Source of the DNA: Candidatus Peribacteria bacterium
GTDB lineage: Bacteria; Patescibacteriota; Gracilibacteria; Peribacterales; Peribacteraceae
Assembly: GCA_943357915.1 (NCBI GenBank)
Contig: CALRGQ010000002.1
Span: 1-63,191 of the forward strand
Direction: 5' to 3'
Length of the DNA stretch: 63,191 nt
Made by a program: the position numbers and the translations under genes. The notes beneath the pieces are model-generated. The model searched no databases, was not told the DNA's origin, and was given only the letters and a program-made list of their open reading frames with translations. Positions 26,275-35,314 of this stretch are shown here, one piece after another. Numbering within the stretch: the first letter of the stretch is position 1; each line of letters opens with the position of its first letter.

Positions 26275-27831
26275 ATGGACACTCCAAAATACCATCCATT
26301 GGACGCTCCACCAGAAACAGGAGAGTTCCCGAAAGAACTTCTGTCCATCGATGCGATCATCGATGCCGCAATTGAGGGGAAGAAACTTCCGTACTGGGTT
26401 GAAAATAATGGACAATTTCTCGATCAAGGACTCTTCAAGCCAAATGCCTTTGAAGTAAGTAGGATGCAACGAAAAGGAAATCACTTCGAGTTATCCAGCA
26501 ACCCCGAAAGAAAATTTGCCGATCCTTTTGATCCCAAGAACATGATTTTCTTGGAAAATCCTGAAGAGAAAATAGACGATTTGTTGAACAGACTTGAGAA
26601 AGCTGCACAGGAAGCACAAAGCAGTAACCGGCTTGTTCTTCTGATTCTAGGCCATGGCGGAACCATCGCGATGAGACCTGGCACTGACGGAACGCTCGTC
26701 AACGAACTCAATGCGGCAGACATCGTGGAAGAGGCAGGTGCCGCACTGAAAAGAAAATATGTCGTCGTAGACTTCGATCTCTGCAATATCGATAGTTCAC
26801 AATTCCAGTGGGCGTTTACCGGTGATTCGACGATCCTAAAGTCCATCATCGTCACGAAGGCAAGCAGAAAACTCTTGAGCTTGCTTTGTATTATGACTGC
26901 AAACGGTACTGATACTTGCGTAGAAAATTCATCCAATCAGAAGACACAGCTCGGACCCGAATTCCCGATCGGTGATGGATGGGCAAGCGCCAATCAAACC
27001 TCGGTGGCTGACCCCTCAGACGTCGGGATCAATATCCTGGGAACAGCAGACCTTCTTGCTTGGCAACATCGTTCCAGATTGCGCGGCGTATTTTTAAATC
27101 AAGGAGGTAGCAATGGTGGTGCCTTGAATCCGCTGACATCACGTAAAGAAAAGGATGGACACGTGAATATTTACGGACACCCCTATGGAGACAAGTACGC
27201 CGATCTTGGAACTTTTCTCAAGGATGGATGGAGAGATCCCATGCTCACGGAATATCAGCAGGCTCTGGCAACGAGCAATAAGGCCATCAATACGGATTTC
27301 TGTCCCTTTATTATTGATGGACCAAGTGCCGGTAGCAATTCGTTAGACCTTGGGAATCCAGCTCTCAGCATCAATGCTCAAGTCGGACAGAGCCCGCTTG
27401 AAACACTGATTAATATTCGAGTCGCACGACGACTCAAGAAAATGGCTGTGCTTGTAGAGACATTTGGCTCCTTCACGTTCAACGAACAACGTCTCAATGT
27501 GATCCAGCAAGAATGCCGTAAAGACATGTTAATCATTGCCAGTAGTCCATTCGCGCGAGGAGAGACTCATGAATATCCAACTGCAAAGCGCATCCGCGAC
27601 CAGATGGGCGGCATAGTCACGACGATGTCGCCACATGCCACGATGATTGAATTGATGTTTGCTCAGCAGGTATGGGGAGATGATAGGGAGAAAATCGCCG
27701 CATGTTTGAATGACCGAGACCTCGTGGGTGAGAAAACACGGTACAACCGAGCTTCTTATTCAGAGATAGGCTTCCCTCAAGAGTTGATGCTACGAAGTCG
27801 TAAGCCATATTTAGGAACCGCACGCGTATAA
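26275..27831 (+). CDS. L-asparaginase/GatD-like amidohydrolase family protein with a ~110-aa N-terminal extension
   Basis: Both asparaginase threonine signatures are present: GHGGTIAM and ANGTDTCV. Confidence 0.75.
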   Translation: MDTPKYHPLDAPPETGEFPKELLSIDAIIDAAIEGKKLPYWVENNGQFLDQGLFKPNAFEVSRMQRKGNHFELSSNPERKFADPFDPKNMIFLENPEEKIDDLLNRLEKAAQEAQSSNRLVLLILGHGGTIAMRPGTDGTLVNELNAADIVEEAGAALKRKYVVVDFDLCNIDSSQFQWAFTGDSTILKSIIVTKASRKLLSLLCIMTANGTDTCVENSSNQKTQLGPEFPIGDGWASANQTSVADPSDVGINILGTADLLAWQHRSRLRGVFLNQGGSNGGALNPLTSRKEKDGHVNIYGHPYGDKYADLGTFLKDGWRDPMLTEYQQALATSNKAINTDFCPFIIDGPSAGSNSLDLGNPALSINAQVGQSPLETLINIRVARRLKKMAVLVETFGSFTFNEQRLNVIQQECRKDMLIIASSPFARGETHEYPTAKRIRDQMGGIVTTMSPHATMIELMFAQQVWGDDREKIAACLNDRDLVGEKTRYNRASYSEIGFPQELMLRSRKPYLGTARV

Positions 27832-27895
27832 ATAGAGGCCGCTTCTATCGCATTTGATCTGTCGCTCTCGATTCATCCCCTTCCCCCTACTCACT

Positions 27896-28720
27896 ATGTC
27901 ACCCGCGGAAAATGAACCATCGGCAGAGGCTGGCGCAGATGCCAACCCAGCACTGGATGCTGAAAAAAGCAAGGCTGCTGTATGCGCAGCACGACAGACA
28001 GTTGAGCGGTTTCGAATCTTAAGTGTGTATACTAAAACAGGCGCAGGGTATGCAGAAGATAATGGCGTAGTTCTTTTCTTTCCTTCACCCGATGGAAAAA
28101 TTCTTCAATCCTCGAAGGAAGAAGTTGATAAAGCAAAATCCTTTACAGACTACCGCGTCTGTCCCATTAGCTTTACCTGTGAAGAAGACGTGAGACAATT
28201 TTTATATTTATGCACACAGAATCTACAACCAGACCCAAATTGGACATGGAAAGCGAAAAAAAGTCTCATTCGATTTTCTCCGCTCGACGAACTACAGGGA
28301 TCGATTGTCGAAGCAAAGCAGCATATTGAAGCTCAAGAGTTTCGTAGTGCACTGCGCATCCTTGAGGCAATGCAGTATGCCGATGAAGCCGATGAAAGTA
28401 TTTGGCAACAGTGTCATGAGCTGGCTACAACAATCCTTGGCTCTCCAGCGACGGATGAAGCCAGTAAACAAAAGGCAACTACGGTGATTGCTCTCGTAAG
28501 AGACAACCGAAGATTGGCAACCCTGATCAAGTCACTCGAACAATTATCACAACAAAGTATTGATGGAATGGATGACGACGCACTCATTGGTGCACACTGG
28601 GAAGCTGTAGAAGCATCCGTGCTTTGGGATTGCCTTGATAAATTTGTCAAAGAACTAATAGTGGAAAAGGAATGTTTGTTAGATAAAGCAGCGAAGTCTC
28701 GAGGGCTCATCCCATCTTAG
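27896..28720 (+). CDS. Hypothetical protein
   Basis: 274-aa ORF from the ATG at 27896. No recognisable motif. Confidence 0.55.
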   Translation: MSPAENEPSAEAGADANPALDAEKSKAAVCAARQTVERFRILSVYTKTGAGYAEDNGVVLFFPSPDGKILQSSKEEVDKAKSFTDYRVCPISFTCEEDVRQFLYLCTQNLQPDPNWTWKAKKSLIRFSPLDELQGSIVEAKQHIEAQEFRSALRILEAMQYADEADESIWQQCHELATTILGSPATDEASKQKATTVIALVRDNRRLATLIKSLEQLSQQSIDGMDDDALIGAHWEAVEASVLWDCLDKFVKELIVEKECLLDKAAKSRGLIPS

Positions 28721-28749
28721 CTGAATCCAACATTCTTTATTCTCCTGCC

Positions 28750-30132
28750 CTAAAACTCCGCACTCCCCGGTGCCCTAGGATATGGAATGACATCGCGAAT
28801 ATTCTGCATGCCAGTGACGAACTGTACGATGCGCTCTAGTCCAAGACCAAAGCCGCTATGAGGCACAGTGCCAAAACGACGGAGATCCAGATACCACCAG
28901 TACTCCTGCTCTGAAAGCTTCATCTCCTGCATACGCTTTTGCAGAAACTCCAACCGTTCTTCACGCTGACTTCCGCCAATAATTTCTCCAATGCGTGGAA
29001 CGAGAATATCCATGGCGCGGACTGTTTTGCCGTCGTCATTCTGGCGCATATAAAATGCTTTGATGTCGCGAGGGTAGTCAGTGACGATGACCGGGCTCTT
29101 GAAGTGTTCTTCGGCGAGGTAGCGCTCGTGCTCGGTCTGGAGATCGATCCCCCACGACACGGGGTACTCAAATTTCGCGGAAGCAGACTCAAGAATTTTG
29201 ACAGCCTCGGTATACGTCACGCGTGCAAAAGGTTTCTCGACAATGCCTGCAAGCACTTCAGGTACTGATTTCTCGACGCGCTCGGCGAAAAATGCGATGT
29301 CATCCGCGCAATCCCGAAGAACATCCGAGACAATGCGCTTCAGGAGCTTTTCTGCAAGATCCATATTGCCGTTCAAATCACAGAATGCCATCTCAGGTTC
29401 GATCATCCAAAATTCGCTCAAGTGCCTGGTTGTATGGCTATTCTCGGCACGAAACGTAGGACCGAAGGTGTAGATCTTGCCAAGCGCACAGGCGAGTGTT
29501 TCACCTTCCAGTTGTCCGCTCACCGTGAGGAATGTCGGCTTGCCGAAAAAGTCGACCTCGCCGGGTTTCGCTGGCTTCGCAGGATCAAGCGTTGTAACGC
29601 GGAACATGGAACCCGCACCCTCACAGTCGCTTGCGGTGATGATGGGAGTTTGGACATAGATAAATCCGTCCTCTTGGAAGAAGTCATGAATCGAGCGTGT
29701 GATACGGTTTCGGACGCGCAAAACCGCTCCGATCGTATTCGTGCGCGGACGGAGATGCGCCCACTCACGAAGTTTCTCCAGAGTATGGTGTTTCTTTTGG
29801 AGTGGATACAACTCGGGATCCGCCCATCCATGCACTGTCACGGCAGACGCCTGCATTTCTGTCGCTTGGCCTCCACCCATGGATTTTACGATAGTTCCCT
29901 CGACGGACACGCTGCATCCTGCGCCGATCTTGAGAATTTCAGCTTCATAATTAGGGAGATCTTCCTTAGCGATGACCTGAAGATTCTTGAGACATGAACC
30001 GTCGTTGATCTCAAGGAAGCTAAATCCGCCATTCGATGTCCTACGCGTACGAACCCAGCCACGAACAAGTGCAGATTGGCCGATGCTTGTCGCATTTCGT
30101 GCGGCAGCGACGGAGAGAGTGTTATTGGCCAT
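28750..30132 (-). CDS. asnS: Asparagine--tRNA ligase
   Basis: Class IIb motifs [24 protein letters not shown] and [11 protein letters not shown]-terminal OB fold [23 protein letters not shown]. Confidence 0.95.
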   Translation of the reverse strand: MANNTLSVAAARNATSIGQSALVRGWVRTRRTSNGGFSFLEINDGSCLKNLQVIAKEDLPNYEAEILKIGAGCSVSVEGTIVKSMGGGQATEMQASAVTVHGWADPELYPLQKKHHTLEKLREWAHLRPRTNTIGAVLRVRNRITRSIHDFFQEDGFIYVQTPIITASDCEGAGSMFRVTTLDPAKPAKPGEVDFFGKPTFLTVSGQLEGETLACALGKIYTFGPTFRAENSHTTRHLSEFWMIEPEMAFCDLNGNMDLAEKLLKRIVSDVLRDCADDIAFFAERVEKSVPEVLAGIVEKPFARVTYTEAVKILESASAKFEYPVSWGIDLQTEHERYLAEEHFKSPVIVTDYPRDIKAFYMRQNDDGKTVRAMDILVPRIGEIIGGSQREERLEFLQKRMQEMKLSEQEYWWYLDLRRFGTVPHSGFGLGLERIVQFVTGMQNIRDVIPYPRAPGSAEF

Positions 30133-30219
30133 AAAGTGCCGAGATTCTAGGCGACAGGAATAGTGTTGTCACGAAAATACCGACAGCGTTATGTTACCGC
30201 GGATCGGGGTCTTGCTAGG

Positions 30220-30331
30220 CGCGGGTCAGTAGACCCGCTCTGTTTGAACTCGGTAGACCCGCTCTCATTTTTCTTTATTTTTCATTTTTCGTTTTTCATT
30301 CTTCACTTTTTCCCCTCACCCTCATCGCCTC
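30220..30331 (+). repeat. 112-bp direct repeat A flanking the RAYT-1 unit (starts with REP hairpin gcgggtc-agta-gacccgc)
   Basis: Near-identical to 31168-31279 over the first ~70 nt. This is followed by T-rich ttttcat units and then ccctcaccctcatcgcctc. Confidence 0.8.
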
Positions 30332-30404
30332 GGTCATGCGAGAAGGGCGTCCAAAAGTTGAGAAACCTATTGTTACGTTAATCAGAGCGGGTCTACCGAC
30401 CCGC

Positions 30405-30531
30405 GGATAGATAAGTGACCCGCGGATAGATAAGTGACCCGCGGATAGATAAGAGACCCCCGGAAAGGTTTAAAGACCGCGCATAGATAAGAAGCCCGCG
30501 TATAGACCGACCACCGCATAGACAAGATTTC
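30405..30531 (+). repeat. Decaying tandem array of ~19-nt units (ggatagataagtgacccgc)
   Basis: Units 1-2 are identical, unit 3 differs at 2 positions, and units 4-7 are progressively degenerate. The array starts directly after REP hairpin 30387-30404. Confidence 0.8.
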
Positions 30532-30656
30532 ACATGCCGGTTCTTTACATCGAAAGAACGTATTTTTACGTAGCACAGAGCGGGTCTACTGACCCGCGCT
30601 AATCGAAATGATCACATCATATCGACCCACCGAAATCAACAAGAGATCCTACCATC

Positions 30657-31097
30657 ATGTCCCAACGTCATCCAATACAACACGAATGTGTCATGCTCGT
30701 CACCACGGTAACGAAGGATCGATATCCGTATTTTTCAGACGATACTCTGGCAAGAGAAGCTGTTGAAGCCATCTACCGAACGCAGACGGTTCATTCATTT
30801 TTTCTCTTCGGGTTCGTTGTCATGCCAGATCATTGTCATTTGCTTGTGAACGTCCCAGCCCCAGAAAAAATTTCAACGGTTATGAAAAGCTATAAATCAA
30901 GTGTGTCCTTCGGGATCGCAAAAGGAGTAATTTGGCAGCCTCGTTTTCATATTCGCATCGTTCAAAATTCATGGGCAGCACTACGATATATCCATAACAA
31001 TCCTGTAAAGAAAGAGCTTGTTTCTGATCCAAAGTCATACAAATGGTCATCGGCTAGTGGTCTGTGGGATACGACGGATTTGCCATCTATTCTTTAG
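30657..31097 (+). CDS. REP-associated tyrosine transposase (RAYT; IS200/IS605-like Y1 HUH family), copy 1
   Basis: HUH motif PDHCHLLV and catalytic Tyr region LRYIHNNPVKKELV. REP hairpins gcgggtc-N4-gacccgc at 30221, 30387, 30580 and 31169. Confidence 0.85.
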   Translation: MSQRHPIQHECVMLVTTVTKDRYPYFSDDTLAREAVEAIYRTQTVHSFFLFGFVVMPDHCHLLVNVPAPEKISTVMKSYKSSVSFGIAKGVIWQPRFHIRIVQNSWAALRYIHNNPVKKELVSDPKSYKWSSASGLWDTTDLPSIL

Positions 31098-31167
31098 GAA
31101 CCAACTAGTGCACATCTTACTATCCGCGGGTAAGACTTTTTAACCGCGGGTCGCCCTGGTTCATTAC

Positions 31168-31279
31168 CGCGGGTCAGTAGACCCGCTCTGATTGAACTGG
31201 GTAGACCCGCTCTCATTTTTCGTTATTTTTCATTCTTCACTTTTCATTTTTCACTTTTTTCCCTCACACTCATCACCTC
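31168..31279 (+). repeat. 112-bp direct repeat B flanking the RAYT-1 unit
   Basis: Homologous to 30220-30331. Includes REP hairpin 31169-31186. Confidence 0.8.
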
Positions 31280-31328
31280 AATAATTCCAGAATCCTGTCC
31301 CGCGCGCTACACTCCCCCCGTGCGCCAA

Positions 31329-32462
31329 ATGATCTTGCTACTCACGGCTGTTCTATCTCTGATGGCTCCGGCCAGTGTTATTGCGATGCAAAGCCATAGG
31401 TTTGAATTTGGCGAAGAACTCATCAATGCAAACTGGACAGGGAAAGGCCAACTCTCCATGCAAAAAGGAAAAGATGGGATTCTGCTACAAACCGGTAACG
31501 GAACCGGCATGCTCACGACAACTGTCGGCGCAGACATACGGCCACAATCCGGTGTCATCATTGCAGCATCGGGCGTGCCGTCACGGTTTTACTTTTCGTG
31601 GACCACACTGAACGAGCCGCAGAACAGGAGCTTTACATTGCCCTTTGGACTCACGACTGGTGCTGCAGAAAATCAGGATTTTTCGCTTGAGGGAAATTGG
31701 CAGACCGGCAGCCATGAGATTGCGATCATCTTACCGCCGCATACAGCCATTGTGCTTATGAATATTGAACTACGGGATCAGAACATCTTCGAGCAAGTAC
31801 TGGAGCCGCTGCGGTCATTCTGGGTATTTGATACATACCGACCGTACAGCATCAATTTCGTCTGGGGTCCTCAGATCGGCTGGAATACGGCGGAACGGCA
31901 ACATCTGTTTGACGTTGTGCCGCCGGTATCTTTGTCTGGAACTCTGGCAATGAATGTGATGCTTCTTGTGCTCATGGCAGCAATGTACTGCATCGGTGTG
32001 TGGCGAAAGACACAAAAAAAACAGACGCTGAAACGCATAGGAATACTGCTGCTTTTTGTATGGATTCTGTTTGATGCACGAATGGGAAGTGAGTTTCTGT
32101 CTTGGGTTTGGACGGATCACACAACGTATATCTCGGCCGAACATGGGCAACGGCAATTTCGGGATCGCGATGCGTTCTATGATTTTGCAGATTTTGCGGC
32201 TCCGTTTGTGATTGACCGGGAAAGCTATGTCTTTTTCGCCGAATATCCATGGCCGTATCTCGGCAACATGCGCTATCTCACGTATCCGTCGATTCCAGGG
32301 ATTGATTATCTGAACGACGATACATGGGTCATCTACCGACGATCGGATATGGGAGTGGATGAACTCGGCCAGATGACCGTCGACGGTGAAGCTGTTTCGC
32401 CACAGGGAAAAATTCTTGGACGATTCGATGACACCTCGTTTATTTTCCGCGTCTCCAAATGA
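31329..32462 (+). CDS. Membrane protein with a signal peptide, an extracytoplasmic N-domain and C-terminal TM segments
   Basis: MILLLTAVLSLMAPASVIA is signal-like. TM segments near aa 205-270. The stop overlaps the next gene (ATGA). Confidence 0.6.
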   Translation: MILLLTAVLSLMAPASVIAMQSHRFEFGEELINANWTGKGQLSMQKGKDGILLQTGNGTGMLTTTVGADIRPQSGVIIAASGVPSRFYFSWTTLNEPQNRSFTLPFGLTTGAAENQDFSLEGNWQTGSHEIAIILPPHTAIVLMNIELRDQNIFEQVLEPLRSFWVFDTYRPYSINFVWGPQIGWNTAERQHLFDVVPPVSLSGTLAMNVMLLVLMAAMYCIGVWRKTQKKQTLKRIGILLLFVWILFDARMGSEFLSWVWTDHTTYISAEHGQRQFRDRDAFYDFADFAAPFVIDRESYVFFAEYPWPYLGNMRYLTYPSIPGIDYLNDDTWVIYRRSDMGVDELGQMTVDGEAVSPQGKILGRFDDTSFIFRVSK

Positions 32463-33868
32463 GCATTCTCGCATTCATGATCGGCGTCGGCATCACAACA
32501 CTCGTGGGATGGCTCGCAGTCGGTGCTGCACAGGGCAGAACGCCAGTACTGAGCCGATACGAACGTCTAGCCTGGGGTCTCACGCTCGGACCGACACTCG
32601 GTATGTTTTCGGTGTTTCTGTGTCATGTTCTCGGACTCACGAAGCTTAATCTCACTGGTTTTCTGGCGCCGCAATTGTTCCTGATCGCTATCCTCGGAAT
32701 ATTCGGATGGAAGCTGGGAACACTGAATTTTCGCGGCCCAAAGCCTTATGTATCACGGCAATCTCACCCCCGTTGGATGACGATCGGTATCGGTCTTCTC
32801 TGCATCTGGACGGCTATAAAAATCATCGCTGGAGCGTATGACCTGATCTCCGTGCCGACGTATTGGGATGACTCGTTCAATAACTGGAACATGCGCGGGA
32901 AGATTTTTTATATGACGGAAGAGCTGCAACTGGAAATACCCGGTGGAAATGGTGTCATAGTCACCGCTGGTAGCGTTGGCTCCTACCCGCCCACACTCCC
33001 GTTGATGAAAACATTTGTGTCAGTTCTGCGAGGCGCGTGGCATGAGCCACTTGTAAACAGCGTACATCTGGTGTGGTTCATAGGTCTGCTGTCCGTTCTC
33101 TACTTCACACTACGTCGCTCGTTTGATCCTCTCGTCTCAGCTTTGGGTATCTGGGCGATCGTCTCACTACCGCTCATACTGATTCATGGCAACAATCCGT
33201 ATGCTGATATTTTTGTTGCGGCACATGTGCTGCTTGCTGCTTCAGCATTGCTGGCGCTGAGAAAATCGCACGTCTCCAGTGACATCCAAGCATGGACCAA
33301 ACTTTTTTTCCTGACACTCGGACTCTTGGTTTTTACCAAGAACGAAGCGCTGCTTTTGCATGTGCCGCTCTTATGTTTAGCAGCAGTAATTTTTGAAATC
33401 TGGCATAGAAAAAACTTGGCACTTAAAGACCATCGAAAGACGCTGGTAACAGGTCTCTGCATTGCCGTAGCCTTCGCATTGCCATGGCTCAGCTTCAAAT
33501 GGATGAATGGACTAACGTTTGGGAATGCAAAGTCCGTCAGCGGAGTTTCATTGACGTTTAATCCCGTCGTTCTCAAGGCAATCTGGTTTCATCTGACGCA
33601 TGAAGCAAACTGGCTCCTGTTGCCACTCGTCCTGCCACTTGCGCTCATCGCAGCCGGCCGAAGGTTCTGGCGCTCGCCGGAAGCTGTGCTAGGCGCCTTC
33701 GTGCTCGCCGACATCGCTTTGCAGTTCATGCTTTTCATTATGATTCAAGCACTAGCAACAGAAGCCATCAACCAAACCGGCCTCAGCCGCGGGCTTTTGC
33801 AGGTAGCGCCGGTGGCGGTGCTGGTAATTTTCTCGCTCTGGGCTATGATGACACAAGAGACGAACTAA
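32459..33868 (+). CDS. Polytopic membrane protein (about 12 TM); a GT-C-type glycosyltransferase fold is suspected
   Basis: Hydrophobicity pattern and size. Translationally coupled to 31329-32462. No diagnostic motif identified. Confidence 0.6.
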   Translation: MSILAFMIGVGITTLVGWLAVGAAQGRTPVLSRYERLAWGLTLGPTLGMFSVFLCHVLGLTKLNLTGFLAPQLFLIAILGIFGWKLGTLNFRGPKPYVSRQSHPRWMTIGIGLLCIWTAIKIIAGAYDLISVPTYWDDSFNNWNMRGKIFYMTEELQLEIPGGNGVIVTAGSVGSYPPTLPLMKTFVSVLRGAWHEPLVNSVHLVWFIGLLSVLYFTLRRSFDPLVSALGIWAIVSLPLILIHGNNPYADIFVAAHVLLAASALLALRKSHVSSDIQAWTKLFFLTLGLLVFTKNEALLLHVPLLCLAAVIFEIWHRKNLALKDHRKTLVTGLCIAVAFALPWLSFKWMNGLTFGNAKSVSGVSLTFNPVVLKAIWFHLTHEANWLLLPLVLPLALIAAGRRFWRSPEAVLGAFVLADIALQFMLFIMIQALATEAINQTGLSRGLLQVAPVAVLVIFSLWAMMTQETN

Positions 33869-33882
33869 GTTATAATAGATAA

Positions 33883-34341
33883 ATGCAAGGATCTGATGAA
33901 CTCCCTAACCAGGGCCCAACACTTGATTATCTTATCGATACGTTTATCCTCAAAAGTCCTGAGCAAGGCTGGGAGAAAATACAACCATATGAGATGAGTC
34001 TGCCAAATATGGCGTATCGACTGATTTCAGATATGGCTATTCCTAGAGCTGTTCAGCAGATGGTTGTTGCTAAAAACCCACACACCGTAGAGCTTCTCAG
34101 TATTCCATGTTCGTCATACCGAAATTGTCGAAAGCTTACGGAAAATAATCTACAGAGACATTCAAACACTGATCTCAAGAGTTATCTGGAATTGCAACGA
34201 AATACGGAAAATATGAATCCTCGGAGCGATGTAGAACGCCGTCTTAATCTTGGTTCCCACGATACCTCTCGTCAGTTTACACATCTTTTTGGACGCGAGT
34301 TTTTTGAAGATCAGGCTATGGGAAATATGCCAGAAGAATAA
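33883..34341 (+). CDS. Hypothetical protein
   Basis: 152-aa ORF with no recognisable motif. Confidence 0.4.
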   Translation: MQGSDELPNQGPTLDYLIDTFILKSPEQGWEKIQPYEMSLPNMAYRLISDMAIPRAVQQMVVAKNPHTVELLSIPCSSYRNCRKLTENNLQRHSNTDLKSYLELQRNTENMNPRSDVERRLNLGSHDTSRQFTHLFGREFFEDQAMGNMPEE

Positions 34342-34521
34342 TCCACGGACTGAAGTGATGCTATGCCGGTGTCAGTCGTAAGAGGGTAACTCTTTATCCC
34401 AAGTGTTGCATTTCAAAGGTCAGCGGAGGGATCTCTCACCCCCCCTCGAAAGGAAATCTATAAATGTGGAACAAAGTGTGACGGAGATGCTACGAAAGAG
34501 TTCAAACCGCCTGGTTGAAAC

Positions 34522-35085
34522 TTACGATAGCCAAGATTTCACTTCATGGCTTCCACTTGAATGCGCTCCCAGGCCGTACTGCTGATCCACAAATTCTTCC
34601 GCGGTCATGGACCCATTCTCCGATTGCGGCAGTTCAGCATGCCGCGCAATAAGAGCGATCAATTCTTCGCGGGTTCCGACGAACACATCAGGCAAATACG
34701 AGGGAAGGGGCGGCCTGAGGTCAGGAAGATGCGGAGGGAAATAGGGGCGTAAAAATTGCTGCCATGTGCGATCCACAATCAGGCCATCAGGAGAGCGAAG
34801 GTAGTAGTGATAGGGAAAATTCTCACGCTTTTCCACCCTGCGCAGTTGCAAGACCAAACCATAAAGATTATCTAACAGGTCCCCGTTGCTGCCCCGACAT
34901 GTCGGCTCGGTGGGTGACAGCCTAGCGTACCCCACTTGCTCCAGCACTTTCTCTTGGTCCAGCACTTTCCCTACGGCAGATCCAATTTGTTTCCGCTGGT
35001 TTTCAATACGCGCTCTTTTTGTTTCCGGATCCTCCTTCCTGAGCAATCGCGGCAGACATGCAGTAATAGTTTCCAGTAGCTTCAT
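34522..35085 (-). CDS. Hypothetical protein
   Basis: 187-aa ORF preceded by a near-consensus promoter. Confidence 0.5.
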   Translation of the reverse strand: MKLLETITACLPRLLRKEDPETKRARIENQRKQIGSAVGKVLDQEKVLEQVGYARLSPTEPTCRGSNGDLLDNLYGLVLQLRRVEKRENFPYHYYLRSPDGLIVDRTWQQFLRPYFPPHLPDLRPPLPSYLPDVFVGTREELIALIARHAELPQSENGSMTAEEFVDQQYGLGAHSSGSHEVKSWLS

Positions 35086-35093
35086 CGTGATTT

Positions 35094-35122
35094 ATTATAA
35101 CAAAAAAACAATAATTTGTCTA
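35094..35122 (-). promoter_or_regulatory. Sigma-70-type promoter TAGACA-17 nt-TATAAT, 8 nt upstream of the ATG (leaderless or very short leader)
   Basis: Minus strand reads tagacaaattattgtttttttgttataataaatcacgATG. Confidence 0.5.
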
Positions 35123-35314
35123 TTTATTGTCAAATATCTAAGCAACCTGACGTAGCAATCCCTCCACACGAATCCGTTTTTGAGCGTCACCATCTAGACC
35201 ACTGACTGCAATCCTGGCTTTGTCGATCAAGAGATTCAAACGCTCGGGGTCATCCGTCACACAGCAAATGATGCATTGTTGCCTCTAGTCCCACGAGAAC
35301 TTCCACCAAACGCC

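Noticed and set aside
30405-30531. Regular ~19-nt repeats that could at first glance be a CRISPR array
   Set aside because: The units are contiguous with no spacers, are much shorter than CRISPR repeats, and decay progressively. No cas genes are present. It is a tandem repeat attached to a REP hairpin.
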